Notes: generated from the sequence alone by a model not told the origin. Numbered from the stretch's first letter, positions 19,128-28,459 are shown. The stretch is 64,000 nt of DNA from IMGVR_UViG_3300027985_000918:124001-188000; one strand, 5' to 3'. Numbers and translations are program-made.

Positions 19128-19716
19128 CTTCGAGGCTTGGGCCGCAAACCCACATGTGCCAGGTTTCACCATCTCGCAGTCCGGTCAACCTGGAAAAAGG
19201 GGCGTTGTCCGGAAAGTATCCCTTGGGGAGCCCGAGGCAATCCTCCACCACTGTAGTCAGCTCTCCCGCACTCCTTCCTTCGTCGTCCAGGAACAGGGCT
19301 TTGCAGAGCATGACCCTTTCCCCAGAGATTGTGGTTGGGCGGAAGCACACGGAATCGACCTCCATGCCAGCTTCCGTCAGCGCATCGTATACCTGGTCCG
19401 CAGTCCGACGGCGGTTCTCGTTCTCGTCCTCGATCATGTTGTGGATCAGGAGGGGGAGAGACAGCCTCGGGGGGCTCCTGTTTACTGCATGGAGGCCGAA
19501 CTCGGTCACTTTCCAGGTGGAGTGCCACGCCTGGGGGACGCTTTCTAGCATCCCCGCCGACTCCAACTCTTCAATCAAGGGAAGCACCTTTTCGTCTTCG
19601 GGGCCTCCCCGCAGCTCGAAGGTCCCCGGGTTCTTACGGATCAGATCGAGGGCGGCTTCCGAAACCTGGAATGTGATGGTCACCTGCCGACGGCTTGGAT
19701 TGAACTCTCTTTTCAT
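19123..19716 (-). CDS. Hypothetical protein
   Basis: MKREFNP start; the 5' extension in the ORF track overlaps the divergent gene. Confidence 0.55.
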   Translation of the reverse strand: MKREFNPSRRQVTITFQVSEAALDLIRKNPGTFELRGGPEDEKVLPLIEELESAGMLESVPQAWHSTWKVTEFGLHAVNRSPPRLSLPLLIHNMIEDENENRRRTADQVYDALTEAGMEVDSVCFRPTTISGERVMLCKALFLDDEGRSAGELTTVVEDCLGLPKGYFPDNAPFSRLTGLRDGETWHMWVCGPSLEG

Positions 19717-19864
19717 CGGGTATCTGTCCCTCTTTCTACTGGGGAGGGGCTTTTTCCGCCCCGTGTATCTACCGGGGTTACCCGAAATGCCTGGGTCCGT
19801 TACCAGGACGGTAGCGTCCCTATGCCCCTCCTGGAGTGCAAGCCTTAGCCTGGAGGTCACCCCG

Positions 19865-22846
19865 ATGAGCAGTCTTTTCCGCCACCTTCGGAGTCCCGGA
19901 ACCCTGAAAAGCCGACCCGCCCCTCTAGCCACCCCCACCCTCCCAGCTCCCCCGGTGAAACCCCAACGCTTGGCTTCCGTGTTCATCGCCACACACCACC
20001 GCCCAGAGCTGCTCAAGTTGTCCCTGGGGCAGTTTGCCCGAATGCCTGTCCCTCCGGGGTGGGCTGTGGAAATCCTGGTGTCCGGGGTCCCTGGAGACCC
20101 AGGGAAAGCAGTGGCTCTCCAGTTCCCGGGAGTTCAATACCTGGATAGCCCGACTGAGGTGGTCACCGACAAGATGAACCTTTGCCTCCAGGCAGCTCAG
20201 GGGGAACTGGCGATCCTAGGGGATGATGATGACATCCAACCCATGAACCGGATCTCGGAGTCTATCCGGGCCTTTGAAGAAGGGTTCGACTGGTCGGGGT
20301 CTGGGGATCTATGGTTCTACCACCCCGAGCCGGACCGCATGGTGTTCTGGTCAGGGCGGTCTTCCCGAGGGCTTGTGGGGACCAGCATGTCGTACAGCAT
20401 CACCATGCTCAGGCAGGCTGGGGGATGGCCCCGGAGGTCCAAGGGCAAAGACGGGGCATTGGCGTACCGGATGACCTCGTTGGGGGCCAAGTTCAAGGAT
20501 ATCTCCCTCACCGTCGGCCAGAGCCTGGTGGGAGTCCAGCACGGGAAGAACATCTGGCGAAGGCCCCCACTCGCCAAGGGGGCCAAAGAGACCCAGGGGA
20601 GGTTCCAGTTGGAGGGCCGGGGGACATTGGAAGAGTTGCAGGGGCAGCTCGACCCAACTGTGGTCTCAGCTTTGAAAGCGTTTCGCCAGACCCGGGCGGG
20701 GATCCCCCGAAATCAGAAGTCCCCAGACCTTCTTTGCACCGCTTCGATGGCCTCAATCCCTGGCCGAGAGGACCTGCTGAGGCAAGCTGTCCAGTCTCTC
20801 CTCCCCCAGGTGGACCACCTGAATGTCTATCTGAACGAGTATCCCGAGGTGCCCACCTTCTTGCAGGGCCACCCTCAGATCACGGTGGCCCGGAGCCAGG
20901 ATCACGGAAACAGGGGGGACGCCGGCAAGTTCTTTTGGTCGGCTGGCATCGAGGGATACCACTTCACCTGCGATGACGACATCGTGTACCCCCCGGACTA
21001 CGTCACCCGAGCGGTGAAGGCCGTTGAGCACTTCGGGCGTAGGGCGGTGCTCAGTTTCCACGGGACCATCCTCAGGGACAATCCGAAGGTCTACTACGAA
21101 GACCGGAAGGTCACCTACCACTGCCTCAGGCATGTCCCCCGAGACCATGCCGTGCATGTGGCGGGGACCGGGGTCATGGTCTACCACGCCAGCACGATCA
21201 AGGTGTCCCCAGACCTGTTCCGCCACCCCAACATGGCCGACATGTGGATGGCGAAGCACTGCCAGGAGTGCAGTATCCCTCAGGTTGTCGTTAACCACCC
21301 CGAAGGATGGATCAAAACTCACAGGGTGGTGGACACCATCTACTCCCGGTCTGCACGGTTGAAGGATGGATCGTTCATGGATTCGTCCGCCGTTCAGAAT
21401 CAGGTCGTCCGGGAAATTCCCTGGGTCCTGTTCCCGATCCCCCTTCCTCCCGCTGCCCGTTCAGGGGAGAAGAAGGTGGTTGTCACAGTGTTCACGTACA
21501 ACCGGCCCCACCAACTTCGTACCTTGCTCCAGGAGCTAAGGCTGGAAGCCCAGATGCCGGGGTTCAACGTGTCGGTACGGGTGTTCGACGATGCCTCTGA
21601 CATGGACAACTCGGAGGCCGAGAGAATCGCATCCTCGGAGGGATGGGAGTACCACAAGGCCTCTCAGAACCATGGTAAGAAGAAATTCTGGGAGTGGTAC
21701 ACCACTGCTCTACAAGGTCTCCGCAACACCCCCGCCGACTACTACGTGTTCCTGCCCGACGACGTGAGGTTGTGCTGCGGGTTCGTCAGCAGAGCCGTTC
21801 AGTCTTGGGAGGGCATTCGGGACCCCCGCAAAGCCACCTTGAACCTCATGGTGAATGAAGGCCGCCAGCACAAGGCGAACTGGACAGGGGTTCTCCCTTC
21901 CCGAAACGGCCGGGTATGGCACACCGGATGGGTGGATGGGTTGTTCATCTGCACTCGCAATACCCTGGAGGTGTTGGAGTTCCGCATCACCCCCCAGAAC
22001 AGGCCCTGGGAAACCCAGCCCCTCTTGGGGTCTGGGGTGGGGGCGGACATGAGCCGCAGGCTGCACCGGAAAGGGCACACGCTCTATCGGGTGGACCGCT
22101 CTCTGGTGGTCTCCTACCCCTTCAGCACGTCCAAGATGAACCCACAAGCCCGCAAGCAAGTCCCCCTGAAGACTATCCAGTACATCGACGAGCCCCAGAT
22201 CTCCGGTCAACGCCAGGTCGCTCGGGTAAGGGGTAGTCGGGACTACCTGATCGAGGTCATCCCTGGGGATCACGTCGGGCGTGCGTTGTCAACAGGAAAA
22301 TTCTATGAGGGGGAAATGCTGGCGGCAATCCGCCAGATGGGAGTCAAGGGGGTCTACGTGGACGTGGGGGCCTTTGTCGGCAGCCACACTACGTTCTTCG
22401 CCGGAGAGTGCCCCTCTTCGCACGTCATCGCCATCGAGCCCCAGGAGGTGGCCTACAGCCGATTGGTGGAGACCATCCGCCAGAATCGGCTGAACGCCAC
22501 TGCCATCCACGGTGCCATCCACGACGAATGGGCTAGGTGCTCCATCCAGAAACCCCCCTTGGGGAACTACGGCATGGCGAAGGTGGTGGAAGGGGGGAGG
22601 ATCCCCTGCTACGACCTGGACTCTCTTCTGGAGGGTCAGGAGATAGGGCTCATCAAGATTGATGTGGAGGGGAAAGAGATCAGTGTCCTGAAGAGTGCCC
22701 ACCAGACCATCGAGAGGTTCCGCCCCGTCATCATCACAGAGGCTCAGACGGAAGATGACCTCCGTTTGCTCAAAGAGGCACTTCCGGGATATGCCCCATC
22801 CAAGTCCTACAACTCCACCCCCACGTACATCTGGACCCCGAGCTGA
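19865..22846 (+). CDS. Multidomain glycosyltransferase (three GT-A/GT2-like domains) with C-terminal FkbM-like methyltransferase, about 993 aa
   Basis: GGAGG RBS; FIATHHRP...GDDDD; ASIPGRE...TCDDDIVYP; VFTYNRP...LPDD; VDVGAFVGSH...IEP...KIDVEG. Confidence 0.8.
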   Translation: MSSLFRHLRSPGTLKSRPAPLATPTLPAPPVKPQRLASVFIATHHRPELLKLSLGQFARMPVPPGWAVEILVSGVPGDPGKAVALQFPGVQYLDSPTEVVTDKMNLCLQAAQGELAILGDDDDIQPMNRISESIRAFEEGFDWSGSGDLWFYHPEPDRMVFWSGRSSRGLVGTSMSYSITMLRQAGGWPRRSKGKDGALAYRMTSLGAKFKDISLTVGQSLVGVQHGKNIWRRPPLAKGAKETQGRFQLEGRGTLEELQGQLDPTVVSALKAFRQTRAGIPRNQKSPDLLCTASMASIPGREDLLRQAVQSLLPQVDHLNVYLNEYPEVPTFLQGHPQITVARSQDHGNRGDAGKFFWSAGIEGYHFTCDDDIVYPPDYVTRAVKAVEHFGRRAVLSFHGTILRDNPKVYYEDRKVTYHCLRHVPRDHAVHVAGTGVMVYHASTIKVSPDLFRHPNMADMWMAKHCQECSIPQVVVNHPEGWIKTHRVVDTIYSRSARLKDGSFMDSSAVQNQVVREIPWVLFPIPLPPAARSGEKKVVVTVFTYNRPHQLRTLLQELRLEAQMPGFNVSVRVFDDASDMDNSEAERIASSEGWEYHKASQNHGKKKFWEWYTTALQGLRNTPADYYVFLPDDVRLCCGFVSRAVQSWEGIRDPRKATLNLMVNEGRQHKANWTGVLPSRNGRVWHTGWVDGLFICTRNTLEVLEFRITPQNRPWETQPLLGSGVGADMSRRLHRKGHTLYRVDRSLVVSYPFSTSKMNPQARKQVPLKTIQYIDEPQISGQRQVARVRGSRDYLIEVIPGDHVGRALSTGKFYEGEMLAAIRQMGVKGVYVDVGAFVGSHTTFFAGECPSSHVIAIEPQEVAYSRLVETIRQNRLNATAIHGAIHDEWARCSIQKPPLGNYGMAKVVEGGRIPCYDLDSLLEGQEIGLIKIDVEGKEISVLKSAHQTIERFRPVIITEAQTEDDLRLLKEALPGYAPSKSYNSTPTYIWTPS

Positions 22847-22848
22847 CC

Positions 22849-23619
22849 TTAGCCCCCAGAAGCGCAGCTCATCTTGTGGTGCCGGGTGACGGTTCCACAT
22901 TCCTTGCAAGGAGCCATCTCCTGGACGTCGGGACACCCCAGATCAGGGTAGTACGTCCTTCTCTCTTCGGGGTACCAGTGCCTGTTGGGGGTCCTCAGGA
23001 TGCCTCCAGCGGGCTTTGCTGCTTGCCTCCCCAGCATCCTCAGAGCCTTCCTGACGTGCTTGTCATGGAACCCCCCCGTGCTGCTGGCCGTCCTAAGGTG
23101 GACAGCCCTCAGCCTCCCAAAGTCGGAGTGATCGTCTAGGATGATGAACGGAGTTTCCAGCATCTCGGCCCGGGGCAGATGCGTCAGAAGCCACTGCTCG
23201 ATCTCCATCCCTCGTTGGATGTGGCCCGTCTGATCAGGGGTGTAGTCGAACCCCCCCCAGAGAATTCCTGTGACGGAGATGACCCTCTGGGGCTGCCGGA
23301 GGCCCCTCTGAGACAGAAGGTTCCTCAACTCCTCCAGAGTAAAGGACTTCCGCCACGTCGAGGACACAACGATCCGGGCACATGTCCGCTCGGCCAGGTC
23401 GTTGAGGTGTTTGACGTTCCTGGGATCGATGTCCGTCAGACCCTGCAAGTTGCAGTAGACATCCCGCACATTCCCGTTACGGGGCCGGCCGGCCAATTGC
23501 CACTGGTAGTAGGCCTCATCGCACTGCCGAGAGAGAGGCTTCCGAAAGGAAGACTTCCAGAACCGACGATTGTTCAGGACGCCGTCAATGTCCAGGAACA
23601 GGATGGGATCAGGTTGCAT
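22849..23619 (-). CDS. HAD-family 'Swiss Army knife RNA repair-like' phosphatase
   Basis: LFLDIDGVLN, IVVSSTWR, RGMEIEQWL, FIILDD. Confidence 0.8.
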   Translation of the reverse strand: MQPDPILFLDIDGVLNNRRFWKSSFRKPLSRQCDEAYYQWQLAGRPRNGNVRDVYCNLQGLTDIDPRNVKHLNDLAERTCARIVVSSTWRKSFTLEELRNLLSQRGLRQPQRVISVTGILWGGFDYTPDQTGHIQRGMEIEQWLLTHLPRAEMLETPFIILDDHSDFGRLRAVHLRTASSTGGFHDKHVRKALRMLGRQAAKPAGGILRTPNRHWYPEERRTYYPDLGCPDVQEMAPCKECGTVTRHHKMSCASGG

Positions 23620-23628
23620 TGGGTTTCC

Positions 23629-23826
23629 TTAGACTAGCCCTAGTTCGATAGCCTTCTCTTCGGGGATGGCGATGGTGCCAGTTTCCCCGATTTCCGAGTC
23701 CTCGTCCAGGGAGGACTCTTCGGGATCGATGAGTTTGTAAAGGACCCACCCCTCCACATCCCCATCGGTCACTAGCATGGCATTGTCCCGGTGCTCCAAA
23801 ATTTCAACATCAATCTCCGCCAGCAT
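23629..23826 (-). CDS. Small acidic hypothetical protein
   Basis: GGAAACCAAGG leader; coupled to upstream gene. Confidence 0.6.
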   Translation of the reverse strand: MLAEIDVEILEHRDNAMLVTDGDVEGWVLYKLIDPEESSLDEDSEIGETGTIAIPEEKAIELGLV

Positions 23827-24226
23827 CCTTGGTTTCCTCCTTGATGGCATCCCAGATCAGGTCGTCCGACCCTTTGAACTCGAACTCCAGATCTGTGTCC
23901 TCGCCTTCAATACCCACCAAAATAGCTGCGGCGATCCCTGCTAGTGTCAAAATAGCATCGGTGACGAACGCATGGACCTCCCGGAAGTCCAAAGTAGTCC
24001 GCTTGCGGACGGTGAGAGCGTGCCGGATGTCTTTTCTGGGCTGCTGCATCAATCGCAGTTGGGCAGCATTCCCTTCAATGCGGGCCTCCAGAGTGAACTG
24101 CCAAACTCTGGCAGCGATGGTCTCTACGCCCAAAAGCTCCCGACGAGACACTTCTGCTCCGGGGAGCTTTTCTTCCAGCAGCATCTCCACAGAGTCTGCG
24201 TCAATGGTGACAGGCCGATTGGTCAT
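23810..24226 (-). CDS. Hypothetical protein
   Basis: Open frame, GAGG RBS. Confidence 0.6.
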   Translation of the reverse strand: MTNRPVTIDADSVEMLLEEKLPGAEVSRRELLGVETIAARVWQFTLEARIEGNAAQLRLMQQPRKDIRHALTVRKRTTLDFREVHAFVTDAILTLAGIAAAILVGIEGEDTDLEFEFKGSDDLIWDAIKEETKDAGGD

Positions 24227-24239
24227 CAACCCTCGGGTT

Positions 24240-24275
24240 CCGGGAGCCCCCGCATTCGAGGGCGGGGGCTCCCGG
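24240..24275 (-). terminator. GC-rich hairpin, probable terminator
   Basis: 14-bp perfect inverted repeat CCGGGAGCCCCCGC/GCGGGGGCTCCCGG immediately after the stop at 24282. Confidence 0.6.
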
Positions 24276-24281
24276 GGTTGG

Positions 24282-25166
24282 TTACCCCAGATTCACGATG
24301 ATGCCGTCGTTGCTCACGACGACCGTGAACTCGTCTCCCGGATTCCAGGTGTACCCGTTGTCCGTGTCGGGGTAGAAGGCGATCCGGCCGGAGCCCTGCC
24401 AGATCGTGTACTCCTTGCCTCCGTTGTCCTGGAACGACACCAGGGCGTGGGGGCGGCCGAGATCATCGTCGAATGCCACGTAGACCTTCGTGTTGCCGTC
24501 GATGATGTGGCCAAGGGAGCAGTAGGCGTCCACCACCTTACGAGGGAGGTAGAGACGGTTGTCCGAGCCCACCTTGACCGTCGGAAGCCCGATGCTCACG
24601 CTGGCAGGGGTCCGGGGGGCCGGAGGCTGAGCAGGCCACGGGCTGGCATCCCGGTTCGCCACATCGCTCTGGGTCTGGCCGGGGACCGGGACGTAGACCT
24701 CGAAGTCGTGGGCCAGTGCCGAGGCGGCATCCGGGCCGTACACGAACACGTCTCTGTTGGCCGGGGTCCGGTCGGGGAACAGTCCCTGAGTCTGGCGGTA
24801 GACCTGGACGGGCATGGCGCCGAGTCCGTTGCCGTCGTCGTACAGACCGAGGTTCCCCTGGAAGTAGTTGTCCCGGATGTACTCCCCCACCTGGGAGACT
24901 GCGAACCGGAGGTTCGGGTTGACCATGCGGAGGAACCGAGCGACTTCACCGGACGAGAAGCACTCGTTGTTGGCGATGAGGTGGCGGCACACGTTCACGG
25001 AGGCGTCACGCCAGCTATCCCCACCTTCCTTGACAGCCTCGTCCACCGTCCGGAAATCGGAGACGGTCGGGACGGAGTCCGCCGGGCTCGGGGCGAGCGG
25101 CTGGCTGGGCTGTCCGGTGGCGGAGGTCTGAGCAGCGGCGTTGGGATCGAAGTTCAACATGTTCAC
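24282..25166 (-). CDS. Hypothetical protein, possible DNA-binding (helical N-part; AbrB-like VKVGSDNRLYLP C-part)
   Basis: Own promoter motif; domain guesses by eye. Confidence 0.6.
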   Translation of the reverse strand: MNMLNFDPNAAAQTSATGQPSQPLAPSPADSVPTVSDFRTVDEAVKEGGDSWRDASVNVCRHLIANNECFSSGEVARFLRMVNPNLRFAVSQVGEYIRDNYFQGNLGLYDDGNGLGAMPVQVYRQTQGLFPDRTPANRDVFVYGPDAASALAHDFEVYVPVPGQTQSDVANRDASPWPAQPPAPRTPASVSIGLPTVKVGSDNRLYLPRKVVDAYCSLGHIIDGNTKVYVAFDDDLGRPHALVSFQDNGGKEYTIWQGSGRIAFYPDTDNGYTWNPGDEFTVVVSNDGIIVNLG

Positions 25167-25180
25167 CTTCCTCTCTGGTG

Positions 25181-25206
25181 CTACCCGAGAAGCTGTTGCG
25201 GTTACC
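25181..25206 (-). promoter_or_regulatory. Phage promoter motif
   Basis: GGTAAC-N14-GGGTAG. Confidence 0.75.
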
Positions 25207-25783
25207 CGATACCGTGAAGATGCCGGAAGGCACCCAAATCCATACCTTGGAGCTGCTGGTAAGCGCTGACGATCTGCTCGACGGTCAAGGCTTCCCTCTC
25301 CACGAGATAGGCCAACACATCCGTGGCGTCGAAGGGATCCAGCTTATTGATGCGATCCCCGAAAGTCTGCTCCCTCATCACGCTGTTCTGGAGGAACAGC
25401 TCCACGAATCTCAGGATCTTACGCTCCCTCAGGTCCAGGTGACCTACCTCCCCGTAGGTGAGGTCAAAAGGGTCGTCGCCGTAACTACTGCCGGCATGGT
25501 AGAAGGGTTCAGTCACCCCCGCTAGACTCACCTGGTTCCAGTGGACGGCGTCAGATCTGAAAGTTCTCCGAGATACTCGGAACAAAAAGCCCGCCGCTAC
25601 CGTAGGTGAGCCAATCAGACCGGAACCGTTCTTGCGGTAGAGAGGGTTAGAGAACCCTTTACAAATTTCGTAAGTACCCTCTCGGAGGGCGGCATAACCC
25701 TCATTGATGGCGTCTACCTGGGTGCTGCTGTCGTAGGCAGGGATGCGTTCCATAGCTACCACCCTAAAACCTTCGTTGTTCAC
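25202..25783 (-). CDS. Hypothetical protein
   Basis: Promoter motif at 25789-25814; start may be 25753. Confidence 0.6.
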   Translation of the reverse strand: MNNEGFRVVAMERIPAYDSSTQVDAINEGYAALREGTYEICKGFSNPLYRKNGSGLIGSPTVAAGFLFRVSRRTFRSDAVHWNQVSLAGVTEPFYHAGSSYGDDPFDLTYGEVGHLDLRERKILRFVELFLQNSVMREQTFGDRINKLDPFDATDVLAYLVEREALTVEQIVSAYQQLQGMDLGAFRHLHGIG

Positions 25784-25788
25784 AGGGG

Positions 25789-25814
25789 CTACTTACGTAG
25801 GCGAGGGTGTTACC
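25789..25814 (-). promoter_or_regulatory. Phage promoter motif
   Basis: GGTAAC-N14-AAGTAG. Confidence 0.75.
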
Positions 25815-25853
25815 CCAAAAACGACATTCCTTCGCCGGACGCCGGATCTGACC

Positions 25854-27683
25854 TCAGGTGAGCCAGTCGAACTCGACCACGTAGCGGATTCGCTGGTAGT
25901 CGGGGGAGAAGATGATGTGCTCATCGTTCTCTAGCCCGTGCCCGTTATCTCCACCGACCCCGAAGACCGAGTCGGACTGGACCTGGGCCCCGCCACACTG
26001 ACAGGTCGTGGCCCCACCCCGGTTACCGTAGGAGCGGTAGGTGCCCTGCATGTTGTTCGGGCGGTGGCACTTGACACAGCTCTGGGGAGGGCTGCTCCAG
26101 GAGCCCGTCGAAGGCGCCCGGTAGGCATGCCCCATGATCATGTCCGTGACGAACATGAAACATCCCCGGTTCTGGACCCCGCCCCCACCCCCGCCGCTGT
26201 AGTAGCCTCGCCCCGTGTAGCCGTAGCTCTTCCGCCAGTCGGTGGCGAAGTAGATACCGTGTCCGAAATTGGCCCCGGTGATCTGGGCTCCCGGCAAGCT
26301 CTGAGGGAGCCGGAAATTAGTCCCCATGATGGGGGCGATGTTGACCGGGCGGGTGCCGTGGATGCTCAGGATGACGTTCGCCTGGGCGTACTCATCGGAG
26401 AGACCCGCCAGGTCGGTCCGGCGAGGTTGGAGATTGCCCCGGAGGGAGAACTTACCCTGGACACGGGCACCAACCCTTTGAACTTCCGCCAGGAAGCGGG
26501 CGTCTCGATCGGGACGTTCCACAGCAAACAGAGAACGGACCTTGGGAGACTTGGATCCCATGTAACCGTGCCGGTTGTTGCTCATGTGGACGAAAGCATC
26601 CCAGAGCCACTTCCCCTCGGTCCCGTTCGGATCGATCCAGCGGAGCTGAGCGTTCAGCAGGGAATCCGGATCGATGGACTGGACCGGAGTTGTCGTCGTG
26701 AAGTCCTCGGTCGTCAGAGCGGTCTCGAAGGCGTCGAGGTCCGCCTGGAGGGACAGGAGGTTGCCTGAGTTCAGGATGGCCTGCTCGTCGGTCCATCCCG
26801 TCCGGGGGATAGGACGGGGAACCAGACTGTTGACCGTGGTCGAGATGGTCCGCAGAGCGGAGTCCTTGACCTGGGCGGCCACCAGGGCATCGTTGTCCCG
26901 GAAGTTGGTGCCCACGGCGGCCAGTCGCTGAAGGGCCGCCGGGATGAGCTGGTCTCGAACCTTCGAGATGGCCCGCATGGTCGGAGTCACACCGCTGGCC
27001 TGGGACAGGGAGCGGGTGTACGTCTGGGTGCCGCCGACGAGGTCCCTGGCGAGTTGGACGACCTCGGGCTGCCACGACTTCAGAGACTTGACCACAGCGG
27101 GGGCGGCCGTCTTGACCGGCGTGGGAGCAGGCATGGCGACCCCGGACCCGTCTTTGACGGTCAGCACGTCGGGGAGCCCCTTCTCACGAGTTGCTAGGTC
27201 CTGGATGAGATAGCCGTCTTTGCCAGCCTTGGCACACCACAGGTCGATGCCCCCGATGCTCTTGCACTCCAGACGGGCCAGGTTCTTGTCTCGGACCTGC
27301 CCAGCGAACCAGGAACGGGCCTGGTCGAGGGTGGCCCCCACGGTGAACTGGAAATCCTGGTAGGCCCCCGTCCAGGAGCCGTGCTCCCAGCTCTTCCCCG
27401 GACGGGAACGACCCCACTCGAAGTAGGCGTGGTACTGGCCCGTCTTCTTGTCCCGCACCACCCCGGCGTGGTAGCCCTTGGCGTTGTTCGCTTCCCCGAA
27501 CTGGTTGACGCACACCATGTCCACGAGCCCGATGTCGGGGTTGGGCATGGAACCGTTCAGGTACCCATTTTCGTCGATGGCGGGCTTTCCGACGTACTCG
27601 AAGTCGTCAGGAGAGCAGCCTGCGGGGAGCTGGCGCTTGCCCAACTTGTCGTTGGTCCCAGGTTTCTTGACGGCGATGGTCAT
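25854..27683 (-). CDS. PARP1-like ADP-ribosyltransferase (WGR + PARP regulatory + catalytic domains)
   Basis: NNAKGY...YFEWGRS (WGR); PEVVQL...NSLVPR (regulatory); IHGTR, FGHGIYFA..RKSYGY, NDEHIIF (H-Y-E triad). Confidence 0.88.
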   Translation of the reverse strand: MTIAVKKPGTNDKLGKRQLPAGCSPDDFEYVGKPAIDENGYLNGSMPNPDIGLVDMVCVNQFGEANNAKGYHAGVVRDKKTGQYHAYFEWGRSRPGKSWEHGSWTGAYQDFQFTVGATLDQARSWFAGQVRDKNLARLECKSIGGIDLWCAKAGKDGYLIQDLATREKGLPDVLTVKDGSGVAMPAPTPVKTAAPAVVKSLKSWQPEVVQLARDLVGGTQTYTRSLSQASGVTPTMRAISKVRDQLIPAALQRLAAVGTNFRDNDALVAAQVKDSALRTISTTVNSLVPRPIPRTGWTDEQAILNSGNLLSLQADLDAFETALTTEDFTTTTPVQSIDPDSLLNAQLRWIDPNGTEGKWLWDAFVHMSNNRHGYMGSKSPKVRSLFAVERPDRDARFLAEVQRVGARVQGKFSLRGNLQPRRTDLAGLSDEYAQANVILSIHGTRPVNIAPIMGTNFRLPQSLPGAQITGANFGHGIYFATDWRKSYGYTGRGYYSGGGGGGVQNRGCFMFVTDMIMGHAYRAPSTGSWSSPPQSCVKCHRPNNMQGTYRSYGNRGGATTCQCGGAQVQSDSVFGVGGDNGHGLENDEHIIFSPDYQRIRYVVEFDWLT

Positions 27684-27716
27684 ATAGTAGGTCCTCACAT
27701 TCAGTCTCAGAAAGGG

Positions 27717-27742
27717 CTACCCGATCTCAGCTCAGGGTTACC
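27717..27742 (-). promoter_or_regulatory. Phage promoter motif upstream of PARP
   Basis: GGTAAC-N14-GGGTAG. Confidence 0.75.
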
Positions 27743-28040
27743 TGATCTTCTCGGGGGACTTCTGGGCCTTGAATAGCTCGAACCGGAGACGGGCACGGGC
27801 GTTCAGAATGGCGATGTTGATGAGGGAGAGGCCGATTCGGGCGTCCGGGTTGTCCATCTCCGCCACCAGCTTTCGGAGGGTGGCCTCGGCCAGGACCGCA
27901 CATTCCTCAGCGGCCTGGAGATCCCCCGCATGGATATAGCGGTCGATCTCCGGGATTCCTACACGGTCTTCCAGGCGACTCTGGGCTTCGGTAGCCTGGG
28001 CAACCAGGATGGCGTCCCGCTCAATGTCCCCACGGGTCAT
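27738..28040 (-). CDS. Hypothetical protein
   Basis: Promoter motif plus conserved leader. Confidence 0.7.
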   Translation of the reverse strand: MTRGDIERDAILVAQATEAQSRLEDRVGIPEIDRYIHAGDLQAAEECAVLAEATLRKLVAEMDNPDARIGLSLINIAILNARARLRFELFKAQKSPEKIR

Positions 28041-28063
28041 GGTGTCCTCCGTTGTTCGTCCCC

Positions 28064-28089
28064 CTACTCACCAGGTGAGGAAGGTTATC
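28064..28089 (-). promoter_or_regulatory. Phage promoter motif (variant)
   Basis: GATAAC-N14-GAGTAG. Confidence 0.65.
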
Positions 28090-28345
28090 CGTTCTGAGAC
28101 CACCCTTGGGTTTCCTCGGAGGCTTCCGCCAGGGCTTCCTCAGCTTTGTCCACGAATTCCGCCCAGGTCTCCTGAGCGTACCCCTCGTAGCCGTCGCCAT
28201 TGTCGTCGAAGTCCTTCGTGAACTCGTCATGGCCCCAGGAGAAGTCCTCGGGGCTGTCACCCTGCTCGGGCACGTACCCATTGAGGTCTTGGAACGGGGT
28301 GAGACGGGAGCCGAACGATCCGAAGTTGCTGATATGCACGCTCAT
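28085..28345 (-). CDS. Small, highly acidic protein (20 D/E vs 3 K/R in 86 aa)
   Basis: Promoter motif plus conserved leader. Confidence 0.7.
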   Translation of the reverse strand: MSVHISNFGSFGSRLTPFQDLNGYVPEQGDSPEDFSWGHDEFTKDFDDNGDGYEGYAQETWAEFVDKAEEALAEASEETQGWSQNG

Positions 28346-28369
28346 GGGGTCCTCCGTTGTTCGCCTCAC

Positions 28370-28395
28370 CTACTTGCCAGGGAACCCGTGTTACC
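28370..28395 (-). promoter_or_regulatory. Phage promoter motif
   Basis: GGTAAC-N14-AAGTAG. Confidence 0.75.
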
Positions 28396-28416
28396 TGCTT
28401 GTACCTTACGGAAGAT

Positions 28417-28450
28417 TGAAGGGGGGTGGGGATTCCCCCACCCCCCTTCA
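28417..28450 (-). terminator. Perfect 15-bp hairpin, probable terminator
   Basis: TGAAGGGGGGTGGGG-ATTC-CCCCACCCCCCTTCA after the stop at 28460. Confidence 0.6.
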
Positions 28451-28459
28451 CCTTTCGCC

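Noticed and set aside
19046-19864. 273-aa N-terminal extension of the glycosyltransferase ORF
   Set aside because: Overlaps two minus-strand genes; a GGAGG RBS supports ATG 19865
19777-24286. Other GTTACC/GGTAAC hexamers (19777, 24281, 37902 region)
   Set aside because: No RRGTAG box at 14-15 nt spacing; 24281 is only a stop codon. 19778-19804 (TTACCC-N15-GTTACC) is borderline and was not counted
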